DNA of 64,000 nt from an uncultured Alphaproteobacteria bacterium (GTDB lineage: Bacteria; Pseudomonadota; Alphaproteobacteria; SHNJ01), in NCBI GenBank assembly GCA_964647725.1, contig CAZYJI010000001.1, positions 74,264-138,263 of the forward strand. The letters are read 5' to 3'. Of this stretch, positions 21,485-31,717 are shown one piece after another. The position numbers and the translations under genes were made by a program. The first letter of the stretch is position 1; each line of letters begins with the position of its first letter. A model generated the notes under the pieces. It did not search any database. It was not told where the DNA came from and saw only the letters and a list, made by a program, of their open reading frames with translations.

Positions 21485-21949
21485 CTAAGCGGCGGCGTTC
21501 ACGATTTTGGCGAATACCGATTGAATGCCCGCGCCGTTTTTTGCCTGGCGCAGTTCGGATTTCGCGGCTTCATCCTTGAACACTTTGGCGATTTGCGATA
21601 ACGCCTTTAAATGATCCGCGCCCGCCGATTCCGGCGCCAGCAAGGTGAAAATCAAATCGACCGGTTTTTCATCGACCGATTCGAAATCGACCGGCGTCGA
21701 TAAACGCACGAAAACGCCGTGAATTTTATTCAAGTTCGCAAAACGGCTGTGCGGGATCGCAACGCCGTCACCGGTGCCGGTTGTGCCCAAACGTTCGCGC
21801 TGTAACAAGGCGTCGAAAATTTCTTTTTCATGCAAACCGGATTTTTTCGCGCCATAAACGGCGATTTTTTCCAGCAACTCGCGTTTGGTGCTGGCTTCGA
21901 TATCGACCACAATCGAATCCGCCGATAAAATATTGGAAATATTCATCAC
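21485..21949 (-). CDS. ptsN: PTS IIA-like nitrogen regulatory protein PtsN (EIIA-Ntr)
   Basis: PTS_EIIA_2 fold with the phosphorylatable His motif GVAIPHSRF. Canonical position downstream of rpoN-hpf. Confidence 0.85.
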   Translation of the reverse strand: MMNISNILSADSIVVDIEASTKRELLEKIAVYGAKKSGLHEKEIFDALLQRERLGTTGTGDGVAIPHSRFANLNKIHGVFVRLSTPVDFESVDEKPVDLIFTLLAPESAGADHLKALSQIAKVFKDEAAKSELRQAKNGAGIQSVFAKIVNAAA

Positions 21950-21978
21950 TATACCTTTGTAAATTATGGGGCGCTTGT

Positions 21979-22590
21979 TTAGCTGGCCTTCGCAGCTGGT
22001 TTTTTGCTCGTCGCCGTATTGCTTGGGTCGATCCAGCCAATATTGCCGTCCGGACGACGGTAAATCACGTTCATGCCGCCGCCTAATTTGTTTTTAAACA
22101 CAATCGCTGGGTAACCCGATAAATCCATGCGCATCACCGCCTCGCTGACGGTCAAAGTTTCGATTTGTGTGGTCATTTCCGCGATCACCAGCGGCTGTTC
22201 CGGTGCTTCTTCGGACGATTTTTCGTGGCCAGCGCCCGCCAGAACGAATTTCTGCGCTTCGATCATTTCCGCCATTTCTTCGTGGGTCGGGGCGGAACGC
22301 GTGTCTTTCAATTTATTCTTATACCGGCGCAGGCGGCCATTGACGCGGCTTAATGCCATATCGAAGGCGATATAGGCATCATCCGCTTCGCCATGGCCCT
22401 GGACCATGATATTGCGGCCGACATGGACCTGAATGTCGGTTTGAAAACCGTGATTATGTTTGTCGAATACGATGTGTGATTCGATCGCGCGGCTGAAATA
22501 TTTTTCGGTCACTTCTTGCAATTTGGTGGTGGCATGATCGCGTAAGGATTCGCCCACATTCATATGGCGGCCGGTCACGGAAATTTTCAT
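21979..22590 (-). CDS. hpf: Ribosome hibernation promoting factor (long HPF)
   Basis: N-terminus MKISVTGRHMNVGESLRDH with a C-terminal dimerisation extension. Immediately downstream of rpoN. Confidence 0.88.
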   Translation of the reverse strand: MKISVTGRHMNVGESLRDHATTKLQEVTEKYFSRAIESHIVFDKHNHGFQTDIQVHVGRNIMVQGHGEADDAYIAFDMALSRVNGRLRRYKNKLKDTRSAPTHEEMAEMIEAQKFVLAGAGHEKSSEEAPEQPLVIAEMTTQIETLTVSEAVMRMDLSGYPAIVFKNKLGGGMNVIYRRPDGNIGWIDPSNTATSKKPAAKAS

Positions 22591-22733
22591 ATTTTAAAAA
22601 CCCTATATGGTTATCAGATTATTTTATTGCTCAGGGATTGTTGCCCCGGCGCTATGTTGCAGCGCTCTCTTGAAACCTAATGTCCCGGACCCCGTTCGTC
22701 AAGTCGAAACGCCCATATCTAAGTATTTGATTT

Positions 22734-24263
22734 TTATGCCTTTAATGCGGCGCGGCGTTTGCGGTCGGCACTGGATGGTATGTTCATTTGCTCGCGGTAT
22801 TTGGCGATGGTGCGTCTGGCCACATCGATGCCTTCGGCATGCAGTAATGCTACGATTTTATCGTCCGACAGAGGCTTTTGCGGCGGCTCCGCCTCGATCA
22901 GGGTTTTGATTTTATGCCGCACGCTTTCGGATGAATGGGCCATTTTGCCTTCGCCGCCGGAAACGCTGGCGCTGAAGAAATAACGCAATTCAAAAATGCC
23001 GCGCGGCGTTGCCATGTATTTGTTGGTCGTTACCCGGCTGATGGTCGATTCGTGCATACCGACCGTTTCGGCAATTTCGCGCCGGACCAGTGGGCGCAAA
23101 TATTCGACGCCGTAATTGAAAAATGCTTCCTGGTGGCGGACGATCTCGCTCGATACTTTTAAAATTGTTTGCGCGCGTTGGTGCATTGCCTTGACCAGCC
23201 AATTGGCGGCCTGGAATTTGTCGGACAGGTATTTTTTCTCTTCTTTGCTGCGTGCACCCTTTTTGACTTGCGTATAATAGCGGTTATTGATCAAAACGCG
23301 CGGCAAGGTTTCGGAATTCAATTCGACATGCCATCCGCCGCCTTTTTGCTGGCGCAAATAAATATCGGGGATCAGCGTGTGGGCTTCTTCACGTTTGAAA
23401 TTCTCGCCGGGTTTCGGATTCAATTCCTTGATTTCGGCGATCATGTCTTTTAAATCATCCCCCTCGCACCCGACCAATTTTTGCAGTTCGGCGATTTTGT
23501 GCGATCCCAATAAATCCAGATGCGCTAGGAATTTTTGCATCATCGGATCGAGGCGGTTTTTTTCCCGCAGTTGTAATGATAAACATTCCGCCAAATTGCG
23601 CGCAAACACGCCCGGCGGATCGAATTGTTGCAATCGTAACAGGGTGAATGTCACGCGTTCTACGGTGCATTCCAGTGTCTTTGCGACGCTGTCCAAGTCG
23701 CCACGGAAATATCCGGCATCGTCCAACATATCGACCAAATAGGCCGCAATAATCCTATCGCCTGCATCGTCCAGATCGACCGCGATTTGATCCAGCAAGT
23801 GATCGCGCAGACTGATTTCGTGCGCCAATTTATCTTGAAAACTATATTCATCGTCGGAAAAATTATGACTTCCCCCGCCGCCTTCCCAGGATGCAAGGTT
23901 GATGCCGCTAGTGTCATTGGCGGATTCGCCTTCCCAGTCATTTTCATAATTGCCACTGGATGCGGCTTCGGAATCGAAATTCTGATCGGCGCCGACTTCG
24001 GTTGTGGTGCCGGTTGGCGCGGGAATATCGCCGCCGCCGGACGACATCGGATTTTCGGCCAGCGCTTGTAAATTATTATCGTCGGTGATTTCGCCGCCAT
24101 CCGTGTCGGATTTTTCCAACAGCGGATTTTGTTCCAATTGCTGTTCGACAAATTCCATCAGTTCCAGATTATTCATCTGTAACATTTCGATCGCCTGCTG
24201 CAATTGCGGCGTGATCGTTTGGACTTGTTGTCCGCGGATGTCGAGACGTTGTTTTAATGTCAT
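22734..24263 (-). CDS. rpoN: RNA polymerase sigma-54 factor
   Basis: N-terminal Gln/Leu-rich region I, a core-binding domain, a C-terminal HTH and the RpoN box (ARRTIAKYRE). Confidence 0.92.
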   Translation of the reverse strand: MTLKQRLDIRGQQVQTITPQLQQAIEMLQMNNLELMEFVEQQLEQNPLLEKSDTDGGEITDDNNLQALAENPMSSGGGDIPAPTGTTTEVGADQNFDSEAASSGNYENDWEGESANDTSGINLASWEGGGGSHNFSDDEYSFQDKLAHEISLRDHLLDQIAVDLDDAGDRIIAAYLVDMLDDAGYFRGDLDSVAKTLECTVERVTFTLLRLQQFDPPGVFARNLAECLSLQLREKNRLDPMMQKFLAHLDLLGSHKIAELQKLVGCEGDDLKDMIAEIKELNPKPGENFKREEAHTLIPDIYLRQQKGGGWHVELNSETLPRVLINNRYYTQVKKGARSKEEKKYLSDKFQAANWLVKAMHQRAQTILKVSSEIVRHQEAFFNYGVEYLRPLVRREIAETVGMHESTISRVTTNKYMATPRGIFELRYFFSASVSGGEGKMAHSSESVRHKIKTLIEAEPPQKPLSDDKIVALLHAEGIDVARRTIAKYREQMNIPSSADRKRRAALKA

Positions 24264-24288
24264 TCTACAGTGGCCTTGTGGCCACTAA

Positions 24289-25077
24289 TTATAGGCTGAA
24301 CCGGTCGCCCAGGTAAACGCGGCGCACGTTCTGATCGTTGACAATTTCATCGGGCGTGCCTTCCATCAACACGCTGCCCGTGTGGATGATATAGGCCCGG
24401 TCCACAATATCCAGTGTTTCCCGCACATTGTGGTCGGTAATCAGCACGCCAAGGCCGCGTTTCTTCAAATGCAGGATCAATTCACGGATATCATGCACCG
24501 CGATTGGATCGATCCCGGCCAATGGTTCATCGAGCAAGATAAAGGATGGTTTGCTGGCTAGCGCGCGGGCGATTTCGGTGCGGCGGCGTTCCCCGCCCGA
24601 TAAGGCCATAGCCGGCGAGCGGCGAATATGTTGAATCGAAAATTCGGATAACAAGCTTTCCAGCATTTGTTCGCGCACTTCGACATCGGGCTCGGAAATT
24701 TCCAAGATCGAGCGGATATTATCTTCGACCGAAAGGCCGCGGAAAATCGATGATTCTTGCGGCAAATAACTGATGCCTTTGCGCGCGCGGCGGTACATCG
24801 GCAGGAATGTAATATCTTCGCCATTAAGGCGGATATGGCCGGAATCGGGTTTAATCAGGCCAGAGATAATATAAAAACAAGTGGTTTTACCCGCGCCGTT
24901 AGGGCCGAGCAAGCCGACAATCTCGCCATGCTTCAATTGAATTTTGATGTTGCGCAAAACCTGGCGGCCTTTATACGCTTTGGACAAATTGTCCATTTCC
25001 AGACCTTGGCTGCTGGAAACCAAACGCGGCGAAGCATCGTTTTTTTTCTGTGCTTTATGGTTTTTATTTTTGCTCAT
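24289..25077 (-). CDS. lptB: LPS export ABC transporter ATP-binding protein LptB
   Basis: Walker A GPNGAGKTT, signature LSGGERRR and Walker B ILLDEP. Sits in the lptC-lptA-lptB-rpoN synteny. The N-terminal extension is typical of alphaproteobacteria, so the start is uncertain. Confidence 0.88.
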   Translation of the reverse strand: MSKNKNHKAQKKNDASPRLVSSSQGLEMDNLSKAYKGRQVLRNIKIQLKHGEIVGLLGPNGAGKTTCFYIISGLIKPDSGHIRLNGEDITFLPMYRRARKGISYLPQESSIFRGLSVEDNIRSILEISEPDVEVREQMLESLLSEFSIQHIRRSPAMALSGGERRRTEIARALASKPSFILLDEPLAGIDPIAVHDIRELILHLKKRGLGVLITDHNVRETLDIVDRAYIIHTGSVLMEGTPDEIVNDQNVRRVYLGDRFSL

Positions 25078-25088
25078 GCTCGTATGGT

Positions 25089-25931
25089 TTAAAAAGTCCC
25101 GGCTTTTTTGGCGCGGTCCGGCATCACCAATGCCCGCACCCGTTTCATTCCTTGGCCGCCATCTTTGTTGCCTAATAACCGGCTGACCCCGGTTTTGGTA
25201 TTCATTTCCGCGTATTCGCCCTGCAATTGGTTCGGGCCTTGGGTTAATTTAACATTGCCTTTCAAGGTTGCAAGCCCTTGTTGCATGTCATAGGTCGCAT
25301 TGTCGGAACTGGCCAAATTGCCATCCGATTGCACTTTGACGTTACCGACCGCATCGATGCGGTGAATGCTTAGTTTATCGGCCGCGCCGCCAGCGTTGAA
25401 ATGCGCCGAAATCGCATCAGCGGCCAGGCGGTTTTTGCCTTGCTCCACAATCGCGCCGCCGCGCGCTACGGCCAGATTTTTATTTTGCCAGAATTCGATC
25501 CGTTCATGCGCGGTCAATTTCGCGGTTGGCGATAATAATTGCATCGATTTTCCGGTCATCACAAACGCGCCTTGGTCCAAATCGTAATAGGCTTCGTCGG
25601 CCAAAACTTTATTTTGTCCAACGGTGATGTGAACGCTGCCGGATGCTTCCAGTTTGTATAATTCAAAACCTTCGCTGCCTTCGCCGCCGCGATAATAACC
25701 GCGCAATTCATCGGCGGTTACATTCATATCGCCGCTGCTGGCGCGCGCATTACCGCGCGCGATATAGACGTTTTCTTTTTTGTGCCATTCCAGGCCATTA
25801 TCGGCTTCGATCTGAATCGGGCTTTTTTGACCTGGCGAAATAAACCCCAGCCCTTGCGCCGGTTGCGCGTGCGCCGCGCCAAAAGACAGCGTCATCAAGC
25901 CAGCGAGCAGAAAGAGAGCGAATTTATTCAT
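25089..25931 (-). CDS. lptA: LPS transport periplasmic protein LptA (OstA-like)
   Basis: Signal peptide plus an OstA-like beta-jellyroll with repeating motifs. Lies between lptC and lptB. Confidence 0.8.
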   Translation of the reverse strand: MNKFALFLLAGLMTLSFGAAHAQPAQGLGFISPGQKSPIQIEADNGLEWHKKENVYIARGNARASSGDMNVTADELRGYYRGGEGSEGFELYKLEASGSVHITVGQNKVLADEAYYDLDQGAFVMTGKSMQLLSPTAKLTAHERIEFWQNKNLAVARGGAIVEQGKNRLAADAISAHFNAGGAADKLSIHRIDAVGNVKVQSDGNLASSDNATYDMQQGLATLKGNVKLTQGPNQLQGEYAEMNTKTGVSRLLGNKDGGQGMKRVRALVMPDRAKKAGTF

Positions 25932-26656
25932 GAAGTCTTGGTGGTTGGTTTCTTCTTGCCCTTAGGTAGCAAATTTAACTTCACTTTGCCATGTAAAATG
26001 ACCTGATTGCCGTCATCTTTGGCTTCAAATCCGGCGGCCGTGAAAGATCCTTGCGGGCTTTTACCGGTAATCGCACGATCGCTCCACAAAATGCCTTGCG
26101 CAAAATCGGCATAGGCGGCATCGGTTTTAATTTCATATCCGCTAGTGGTGCGGATCATGATATCACCTTGCGTTGATAAACCATGCCGGTTGCGCCAATA
26201 GGTGGAACGGTTGGCGGAAACGAAAATCGTGGTGGCGTTTTCCGATTTAATATCGATTTGCAGATTTTTTAAATTGATCGCGTTGGCATTTTCCGGCGAT
26301 GGCGCGGCGGCGGCGGCGCGAATCGTATAGGATAATCCATTGTTGGTGGTGCCAGTGTAACGCGGGCCGACGATCAAGGATGCTTGCGGCGCTTCTTCCA
26401 TCACATTTTCCGCGCTAAGGCGAAACCGATTTTCATTTTCAATCAAATTCGGCCACACGGTGATCGCCAGTAAAATTGCAACCGCCAGCGCGGGCAAAAC
26501 GATTTTGAGCCAATACACGATTTCCGAATAATTATTGCCGCCCATCAAAACTTGCACGCGCGGCGTGTAATCGAACCGTTTTTTCTGGTTGGGTTGTTTG
26601 ACTGCGGTTTTTTGTTTGACGGGGCGGGCCATTACATCACCCCGGCACGCAGACAA
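25928..26656 (-). CDS. lptC: LPS export system protein LptC
   Basis: Single N-terminal TM anchor (LPALAVAILLAITVW) plus a periplasmic domain. Overlaps lptA by 4 nt and is downstream of kdsD. Confidence 0.7.
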   Translation of the reverse strand: MSACRGDVMARPVKQKTAVKQPNQKKRFDYTPRVQVLMGGNNYSEIVYWLKIVLPALAVAILLAITVWPNLIENENRFRLSAENVMEEAPQASLIVGPRYTGTTNNGLSYTIRAAAAAPSPENANAINLKNLQIDIKSENATTIFVSANRSTYWRNRHGLSTQGDIMIRTTSGYEIKTDAAYADFAQGILWSDRAITGKSPQGSFTAAGFEAKDDGNQVILHGKVKLNLLPKGKKKPTTKTS

Positions 26657-27642
26657 TCGTGAATATGGATAATGCCTTGCAATTCATCGTCATCGATCAC
26701 GAACAAGGTGGTAATCGATTTTTGATTCATAATGCCTAATGCTTCCGCTGCCAATGATTTGGATGAAATAGTGCGCGGATTTGGCGTCATTACTTCGGCG
26801 GCGGGCAGGTTTAGGAAATTATCGCTCATATGGCGACGCATATCGCCATCGGTAATTACACCCAGCAATTTACCGCGTTTATCGATAACGCCGGCACAGC
26901 CGAATTTTTTGGAACTGATGGTAATCAAAACGCTGCTCATCAAATCGTCCGGTTTCACCAATGGCAATTCGGCGCCGGTATGCATTAATTTTTCGACTTT
27001 CATCAAACGTTGGCCCAACTTGCCGCCAGGATGAATTTCGCGGAATTTTTCGGATGAAAATCCTTTTTGTTCCAGCAAACAAACGGCGAGCGCATCGCCT
27101 AATGCTAAACTCATCGTGGTCGATGTAGTTGGCGCGAGTCCCATCGGGCACGCTTCGGGCGCATCGGGCAATTGCAAAACGACATTGGCCGCGCTGCCTA
27201 AACTGCTGTCGGAATTTTTGGTAATGGCGATTACGGGAATCGCGAATCGTTTGGCATAGGCGATAATATCGCCCAGCTCCGGCGCTTCGCCGGAATTGGA
27301 AATGGCGATCACCGCATCGTCGGACGTAATCATGCCAAGATCGCCGTGACTCGCTTCGCCAGGATGCACATATTGCGACGGTGTTCCGGTCGATGCTAGG
27401 GTCGCGGCCAATTTGCGCGCCACATGGCCGGATTTGCCGATGCCGGTCACAATCACCCGGCCTTTGGTTTTCAGTAATAATTCGATCGCTTGGGTGAAAC
27501 TGCCGCTAAGATTGCCTTGCAAAGCCTGCAATCCCGCGATTTCGGTTTCCAGCACCGCATGCGCGCGCGATAAAACAGATCCGCTCGCGGCATCGTTCGC
27601 GACAATCAATTTCAAAGATTGGGTTGTTGATTTCTGGCCCAT
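26632..27642 (-). CDS. kdsD: Arabinose-5-phosphate isomerase (KpsF/KdsD; SIS + tandem CBS domains)
   Basis: SIS domain motifs (GRVIVTGIGKSGHVARKLAATLASTGT) and C-terminal CBS pairs. Heads the lptCAB operon. Confidence 0.88.
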   Translation of the reverse strand: MGQKSTTQSLKLIVANDAASGSVLSRAHAVLETEIAGLQALQGNLSGSFTQAIELLLKTKGRVIVTGIGKSGHVARKLAATLASTGTPSQYVHPGEASHGDLGMITSDDAVIAISNSGEAPELGDIIAYAKRFAIPVIAITKNSDSSLGSAANVVLQLPDAPEACPMGLAPTTSTTMSLALGDALAVCLLEQKGFSSEKFREIHPGGKLGQRLMKVEKLMHTGAELPLVKPDDLMSSVLITISSKKFGCAGVIDKRGKLLGVITDGDMRRHMSDNFLNLPAAEVMTPNPRTISSKSLAAEALGIMNQKSITTLFVIDDDELQGIIHIHDCLRAGVM

Positions 27643-28088
27643 AATTACCTGCGATATGTCTTATATAATATCTGCTGATTGCGGTTTAAATCCGGTTGTT
27701 CCCTAAGCTATTGAAATATATGTATATTATTAATAGCTTTGTCCTAAATTTCAGACAGGGGTGGATTATGCCTGAAACCAGCTAAAAGGTCAAGAAACTG
27801 CGCTTTTTTGGATAAACTGATAGATGAATTGTCTTTTATGTATATTATTTGTAGTAGTATATTGTTATGAAATTACATATAAATAAATGTTATTATTTAT
27901 AAATTACTATATATTGAATATTTAATATAAAATTTTATACAATTAGTGCGTAAAATTATATGATTTTGATAAAATCGTTTAATTTCTTATGATTATACTA
28001 AAACATATCCTAAGAGGTAACGTTTAATGATATACTTCAATAATATGTGAGAATCACTAATTCACAAAACAGGCCCAGGGGAAGAGAT

Positions 28089-29744
28089 ATGGCTAGTTCA
28101 ATTTCCAGCAGCAACCAAGTTCCGGTCAATGTTTTATCGGTCGATCTCAAGGCCGCGTTGGCGCAAGGTAAATTGGGCAATTTAAAATCCGCAACTACTA
28201 CTGGTCCAAAATTGGATACGCGTGCCTTGTTACGCCTTTCCAGTAAAATGCGGGAACCGTCCCCGGTATTGGTTCAATCTCAGAATGATAGCCCCGCACC
28301 GCTTATCCCTGATACATCATCTGCAACTGTCGATGCCTATATAGCTGCGCATCGTTATGGTTTTGGCATGGGTCCGCGGGATTTAGCAGCGATTCGTTCC
28401 GCTGGCGGCGCACGGCCATGGCTGCGCGCGCAATTCGAAGGCGCTCCTGATTTTGGACAAAATTACAATACGCATGGCGACAATATCCGTCTTTATTATA
28501 CCGCGCTATGGAACGGCTCGTTCCCAGAGCGCGAACGGTTGATGCGCGAATTATTAAATAATGTCTATATGGGACAGGCGGTGCGTTATTTCCGCGAAGC
28601 GGTAAACACCACAAAGCCGACCTTGTTCAGCTGGAACATGTTCTTGATGAATAATTTTAGCATTTCCTTTCGCACCGACCGCGAAGAAGATTTGTTGATC
28701 GGCGGCCAATTCGGCGCGTATTTCAAAACGATTTTGGATAATTCGCGCGGTAAAATGAAAGATTTATTGTACGCCATCACCTTAAGCCCCGCGATGATGG
28801 AATTTTTGAATACGCAGATTAATAGCGCTGGCGCGGTGAATCAAAATTATGCCAGGGAGATTTTGGAATTACATACCATGGGTGTGAATGGCGGTTATAC
28901 CCAAGAAGACATCAATGCTCTGGCGCGGCTATTCGCCGGATTTCGGTATATTGCGCGCTTATCGTCCGGTTACGATCATGCTGGTGAAGTTACCGTCAGC
29001 GGCGGCAATGTGGATTTGAATGAAATTTATATTCCGGTGTTGAATTTGCGCTTACCAGCGATTGGTGCCGCTTGGCAAGCCTATGACCGGATGCGTCGCG
29101 TGCTGGACGCTATCGCCATTCATCCCAGCACCGCGGATCACTTCTGCACGGCGATGGTGCGGTACTTCTTCATGGATGACATGAATCTACCAATGGCTGT
29201 GCAAATGAAGAACGATCTAAAAACCGTTTATTTAAATACCCAAGGCGATTTGAAACAAGTGGCCTTGGCCATGTTCAATCATCCTAATGCTTTAACGCGC
29301 TTGGTGCGCTCCCCAATGAAACGCCCCGATGAAATCATGATGGCTTTCTTGCGGGTCAGCGGCTTGATCGCTCCTGCCGCTGGTGCCGCAGGCGATTTGG
29401 GCGACAATTTTATCCGTGATATCGTGCGTTACGATTTGCCGGCGATGAATTGCCCGTTCTGGCAAGCTGCCGACGTGCAAGGTTTCCCGGTAACCACCGA
29501 TTTCTGGTTAGGCCGCTCGCCAGAGAATATGCTTAGCATCATTGACCGTATAGGCGGTAAAATTGCATTGATTATGGGACAAAGATCGGCTGCGGATTTA
29601 TTCCACCAGTCTATTGGTCCGATCGCCCGCACCAGCAGGATGACATTGACCAAAAATTTGATGAATAATCTTACATCCAACCCCACATTGGCGGTGATGG
29701 GCACGTTTTGCTCGGCGGAATTCATGACCAAGGGGATTGCCTAA
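28089..29744 (+). CDS. DUF1800-family protein
   Basis: About 550 aa protein upstream of and translationally coupled to a DUF1501/Tat-signal protein, the characteristic DUF1800-DUF1501 pair. Start chosen at ATG 28089 behind a GGGGAAGAG RBS. T/A-ending codon bias differs from the flanking genes. Confidence 0.6.
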   Translation: MASSISSSNQVPVNVLSVDLKAALAQGKLGNLKSATTTGPKLDTRALLRLSSKMREPSPVLVQSQNDSPAPLIPDTSSATVDAYIAAHRYGFGMGPRDLAAIRSAGGARPWLRAQFEGAPDFGQNYNTHGDNIRLYYTALWNGSFPERERLMRELLNNVYMGQAVRYFREAVNTTKPTLFSWNMFLMNNFSISFRTDREEDLLIGGQFGAYFKTILDNSRGKMKDLLYAITLSPAMMEFLNTQINSAGAVNQNYAREILELHTMGVNGGYTQEDINALARLFAGFRYIARLSSGYDHAGEVTVSGGNVDLNEIYIPVLNLRLPAIGAAWQAYDRMRRVLDAIAIHPSTADHFCTAMVRYFFMDDMNLPMAVQMKNDLKTVYLNTQGDLKQVALAMFNHPNALTRLVRSPMKRPDEIMMAFLRVSGLIAPAAGAAGDLGDNFIRDIVRYDLPAMNCPFWQAADVQGFPVTTDFWLGRSPENMLSIIDRIGGKIALIMGQRSAADLFHQSIGPIARTSRMTLTKNLMNNLTSNPTLAVMGTFCSAEFMTKGIA

Positions 29745-31033
29745 TGACAAACAACAACATGAATAGACGCTCTTTCGTGAAATTGGGTGGCGGTTGTCTT
29801 GGTATGGCGGCGGTGGCCGGAACGCCAGGATTGTCTTTTGCCACTGGCGATGCGGCTAGCGATAAGAAATTGATCGTGCTGTTTGCCGGCGGCGGATGGG
29901 ACGGATTGCATGTCGTTCCACCGGTCGGCCGCAATGAATATCACAGTTTGCGCGGCGCCTATGCGCTGGACCGTCCGCAAGCAAACACACCGCGTTCGGC
30001 GATCGCATTGGACAGCGTATATGGTTTGAATCCCGGACTTTCCAGTTTATTGCCATTATTCCAGTCTGGCGAAATGACCATTTTCCATGGTGTCGAACCG
30101 TTTGAACCATCACGTAACAATTTGTCGCACTTTGAAATGACTGCCGAAATTTTTACAGGTGGTATCGGCAGCCAACGTAATCTGCCTGGATTCTTAAACC
30201 GTCTCGAGGGTGAGTTGGGCGCTTTGCCGAATCCCGGCGGCGTTGCCGTAACCGGCAGCAATGCCGTGCCGCAAATTTTACAAGGATCAAACAGCAGCGC
30301 GGCCTGGGTTCCGCCCACCGCTACGCCGACTCAAAACGATATTTTAAATATGATCAGCGCGAATTTCAGCCGCGCCACTTGGTTCGGCGATGCGGTGCGC
30401 CGCGCCGTTCAAACCCGCAACGCGTTTAACCCGGTCGCGCATAGTTTGAACGATACATCGCAATTCAACAGTTTTTACGGCGGCTTGCCAACCCAGGCGC
30501 AATTACTGGCTCATATTATGAGCCTGGATGATAACGTGGCCCCGGCGGTCGGATATATTCAAGCCCCGTGGTTCGACACGCACGGTACCGGCAGCCCAGA
30601 AAATTATCATTCTTATATCTTGGGCCGTTTGCAACAAGTCGCTCTAAGCATTCAGGCAATCCGGCAAACTTTCATGGCCGCCAACAAATGGAACAAAGTG
30701 GTAATCGCGGTGATATCCGAATTCGGCCGCAGCCTTTCCCCGAACGGCAGCGGCGGCACGGATCATGGTCATGCCACCAATATGATGCTGATTACCGGCA
30801 ACCCGTTGCTGCAAAACTATGCCATCGCCAGCGCGATCGGCGGCGTTAATGTGCCCAGCGACAATCAACGGCGCGTTTTAACCAATGGCCAGTTGGATCT
30901 GGTCAATCCCGGCATTAACGGCAGTTTGCGTGGATCGTTAAAACTATTCAATATTTTGCGGCCCTATATCGGCGCGCATTATGGTTTGGATGCAGCGGCG
31001 ATGAACAGGGTTTTGCCGTCCCCGAACGCGTAA
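29744..31033 (+). CDS. DUF1501-family protein with twin-arginine (Tat) signal peptide (sulfatase/phosphatase-like fold)
   Basis: Tat motif NRRSFVKLGGGCLGMAAVAG near the N-terminus and a conserved GGTDHGHAT motif near the C-terminus. The start overlaps the DUF1800 stop (TAATG). Confidence 0.65.
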   Translation: MTNNNMNRRSFVKLGGGCLGMAAVAGTPGLSFATGDAASDKKLIVLFAGGGWDGLHVVPPVGRNEYHSLRGAYALDRPQANTPRSAIALDSVYGLNPGLSSLLPLFQSGEMTIFHGVEPFEPSRNNLSHFEMTAEIFTGGIGSQRNLPGFLNRLEGELGALPNPGGVAVTGSNAVPQILQGSNSSAAWVPPTATPTQNDILNMISANFSRATWFGDAVRRAVQTRNAFNPVAHSLNDTSQFNSFYGGLPTQAQLLAHIMSLDDNVAPAVGYIQAPWFDTHGTGSPENYHSYILGRLQQVALSIQAIRQTFMAANKWNKVVIAVISEFGRSLSPNGSGGTDHGHATNMMLITGNPLLQNYAIASAIGGVNVPSDNQRRVLTNGQLDLVNPGINGSLRGSLKLFNILRPYIGAHYGLDAAAMNRVLPSPNA

Positions 31034-31034
31034 A

Positions 31035-31667
31035 TTAAACCCGGTCGCTGGAATGATGGGCGAAAAGGGCGTTGGTGTTGATGCCTTGCGCCTCGATCAA
31101 GCCGTTATTGACAACCGTATCGAACGCGAGTTCCGCTGCATGGATTAATCCATCGCGTTTCAATAATTCGGTCAGGCGGTCCATCAAATCATGCAAATGC
31201 AACACGTCGGTGACGGCGTATTTCAATTGCGCCTCGGTCAGTTTTTTCGCGCCCCAATCGGATTTTTGTTTTTCTTTGTTCACTTCGATACCCAAAATAT
31301 CTTTGCAGATATCGTTCAATCCATGGCTGTCGGTAAAACGCCGCGCCAGTTTACTGGCGATTTTGGTATCGAAAATCGGGCCCGTTTCCGCGCCAACATA
31401 ATATTTTAAATAGGCGATGTCGGTTTGCCCGAAATGAAAAATTTTCAGCGTCTTTTTGTCTTGCAGCAATTTTTTCAAATTCGCCGCCGCGTATTTATCC
31501 GCCGTGAATTGCACCAAATGTGCCTTGCCCTTGCGGTCGCGCAATTGCACGAGGCACAACCGGTCGCGGCCGACTTTCAATCCCATCATTTCACAATCGA
31601 CGGCCACAGGGCCTTTGAATTTGACGGTGGATGGCAGGTCGTTTTGGTGCAGGGTGTAATTGGTCAT
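31035..31667 (-). CDS. Short RNase D-like 3'-5' exonuclease (DEDDy family)
   Basis: Exo motif I VAVDCEMMGL, LVQL, and motif III with a Tyr (YAVTDVLHLHDL). Internal start (MTNYTL) of ORF 31035..31703. Confidence 0.75.
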   Translation of the reverse strand: MTNYTLHQNDLPSTVKFKGPVAVDCEMMGLKVGRDRLCLVQLRDRKGKAHLVQFTADKYAAANLKKLLQDKKTLKIFHFGQTDIAYLKYYVGAETGPIFDTKIASKLARRFTDSHGLNDICKDILGIEVNKEKQKSDWGAKKLTEAQLKYAVTDVLHLHDLMDRLTELLKRDGLIHAAELAFDTVVNNGLIEAQGINTNALFAHHSSDRV

Positions 31668-31717
31668 GTGCGCAATGTACGCGATTTTATTGCTCCCACG
31701 CAAGCGGGAATCGGTAT

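Noticed and set aside
24289-25077. Considered trimming lptB to the internal Met (MDNLSKAY) at about 24996
   Set aside because: Alphaproteobacterial LptB proteins commonly carry a basic N-terminal extension. The full ORF start gives an 11-nt spacing from lptA, consistent with operon coupling. The longer call is kept with the start uncertainty noted.
28303-28614. Antisense ORFs within the DUF1800 gene (28303..28614, 28586..28780) that might encode small regulatory proteins
   Set aside because: They are fully embedded in the opposite strand of a long, well-formed ORF with its own RBS. They have no start context and no conservation signal.
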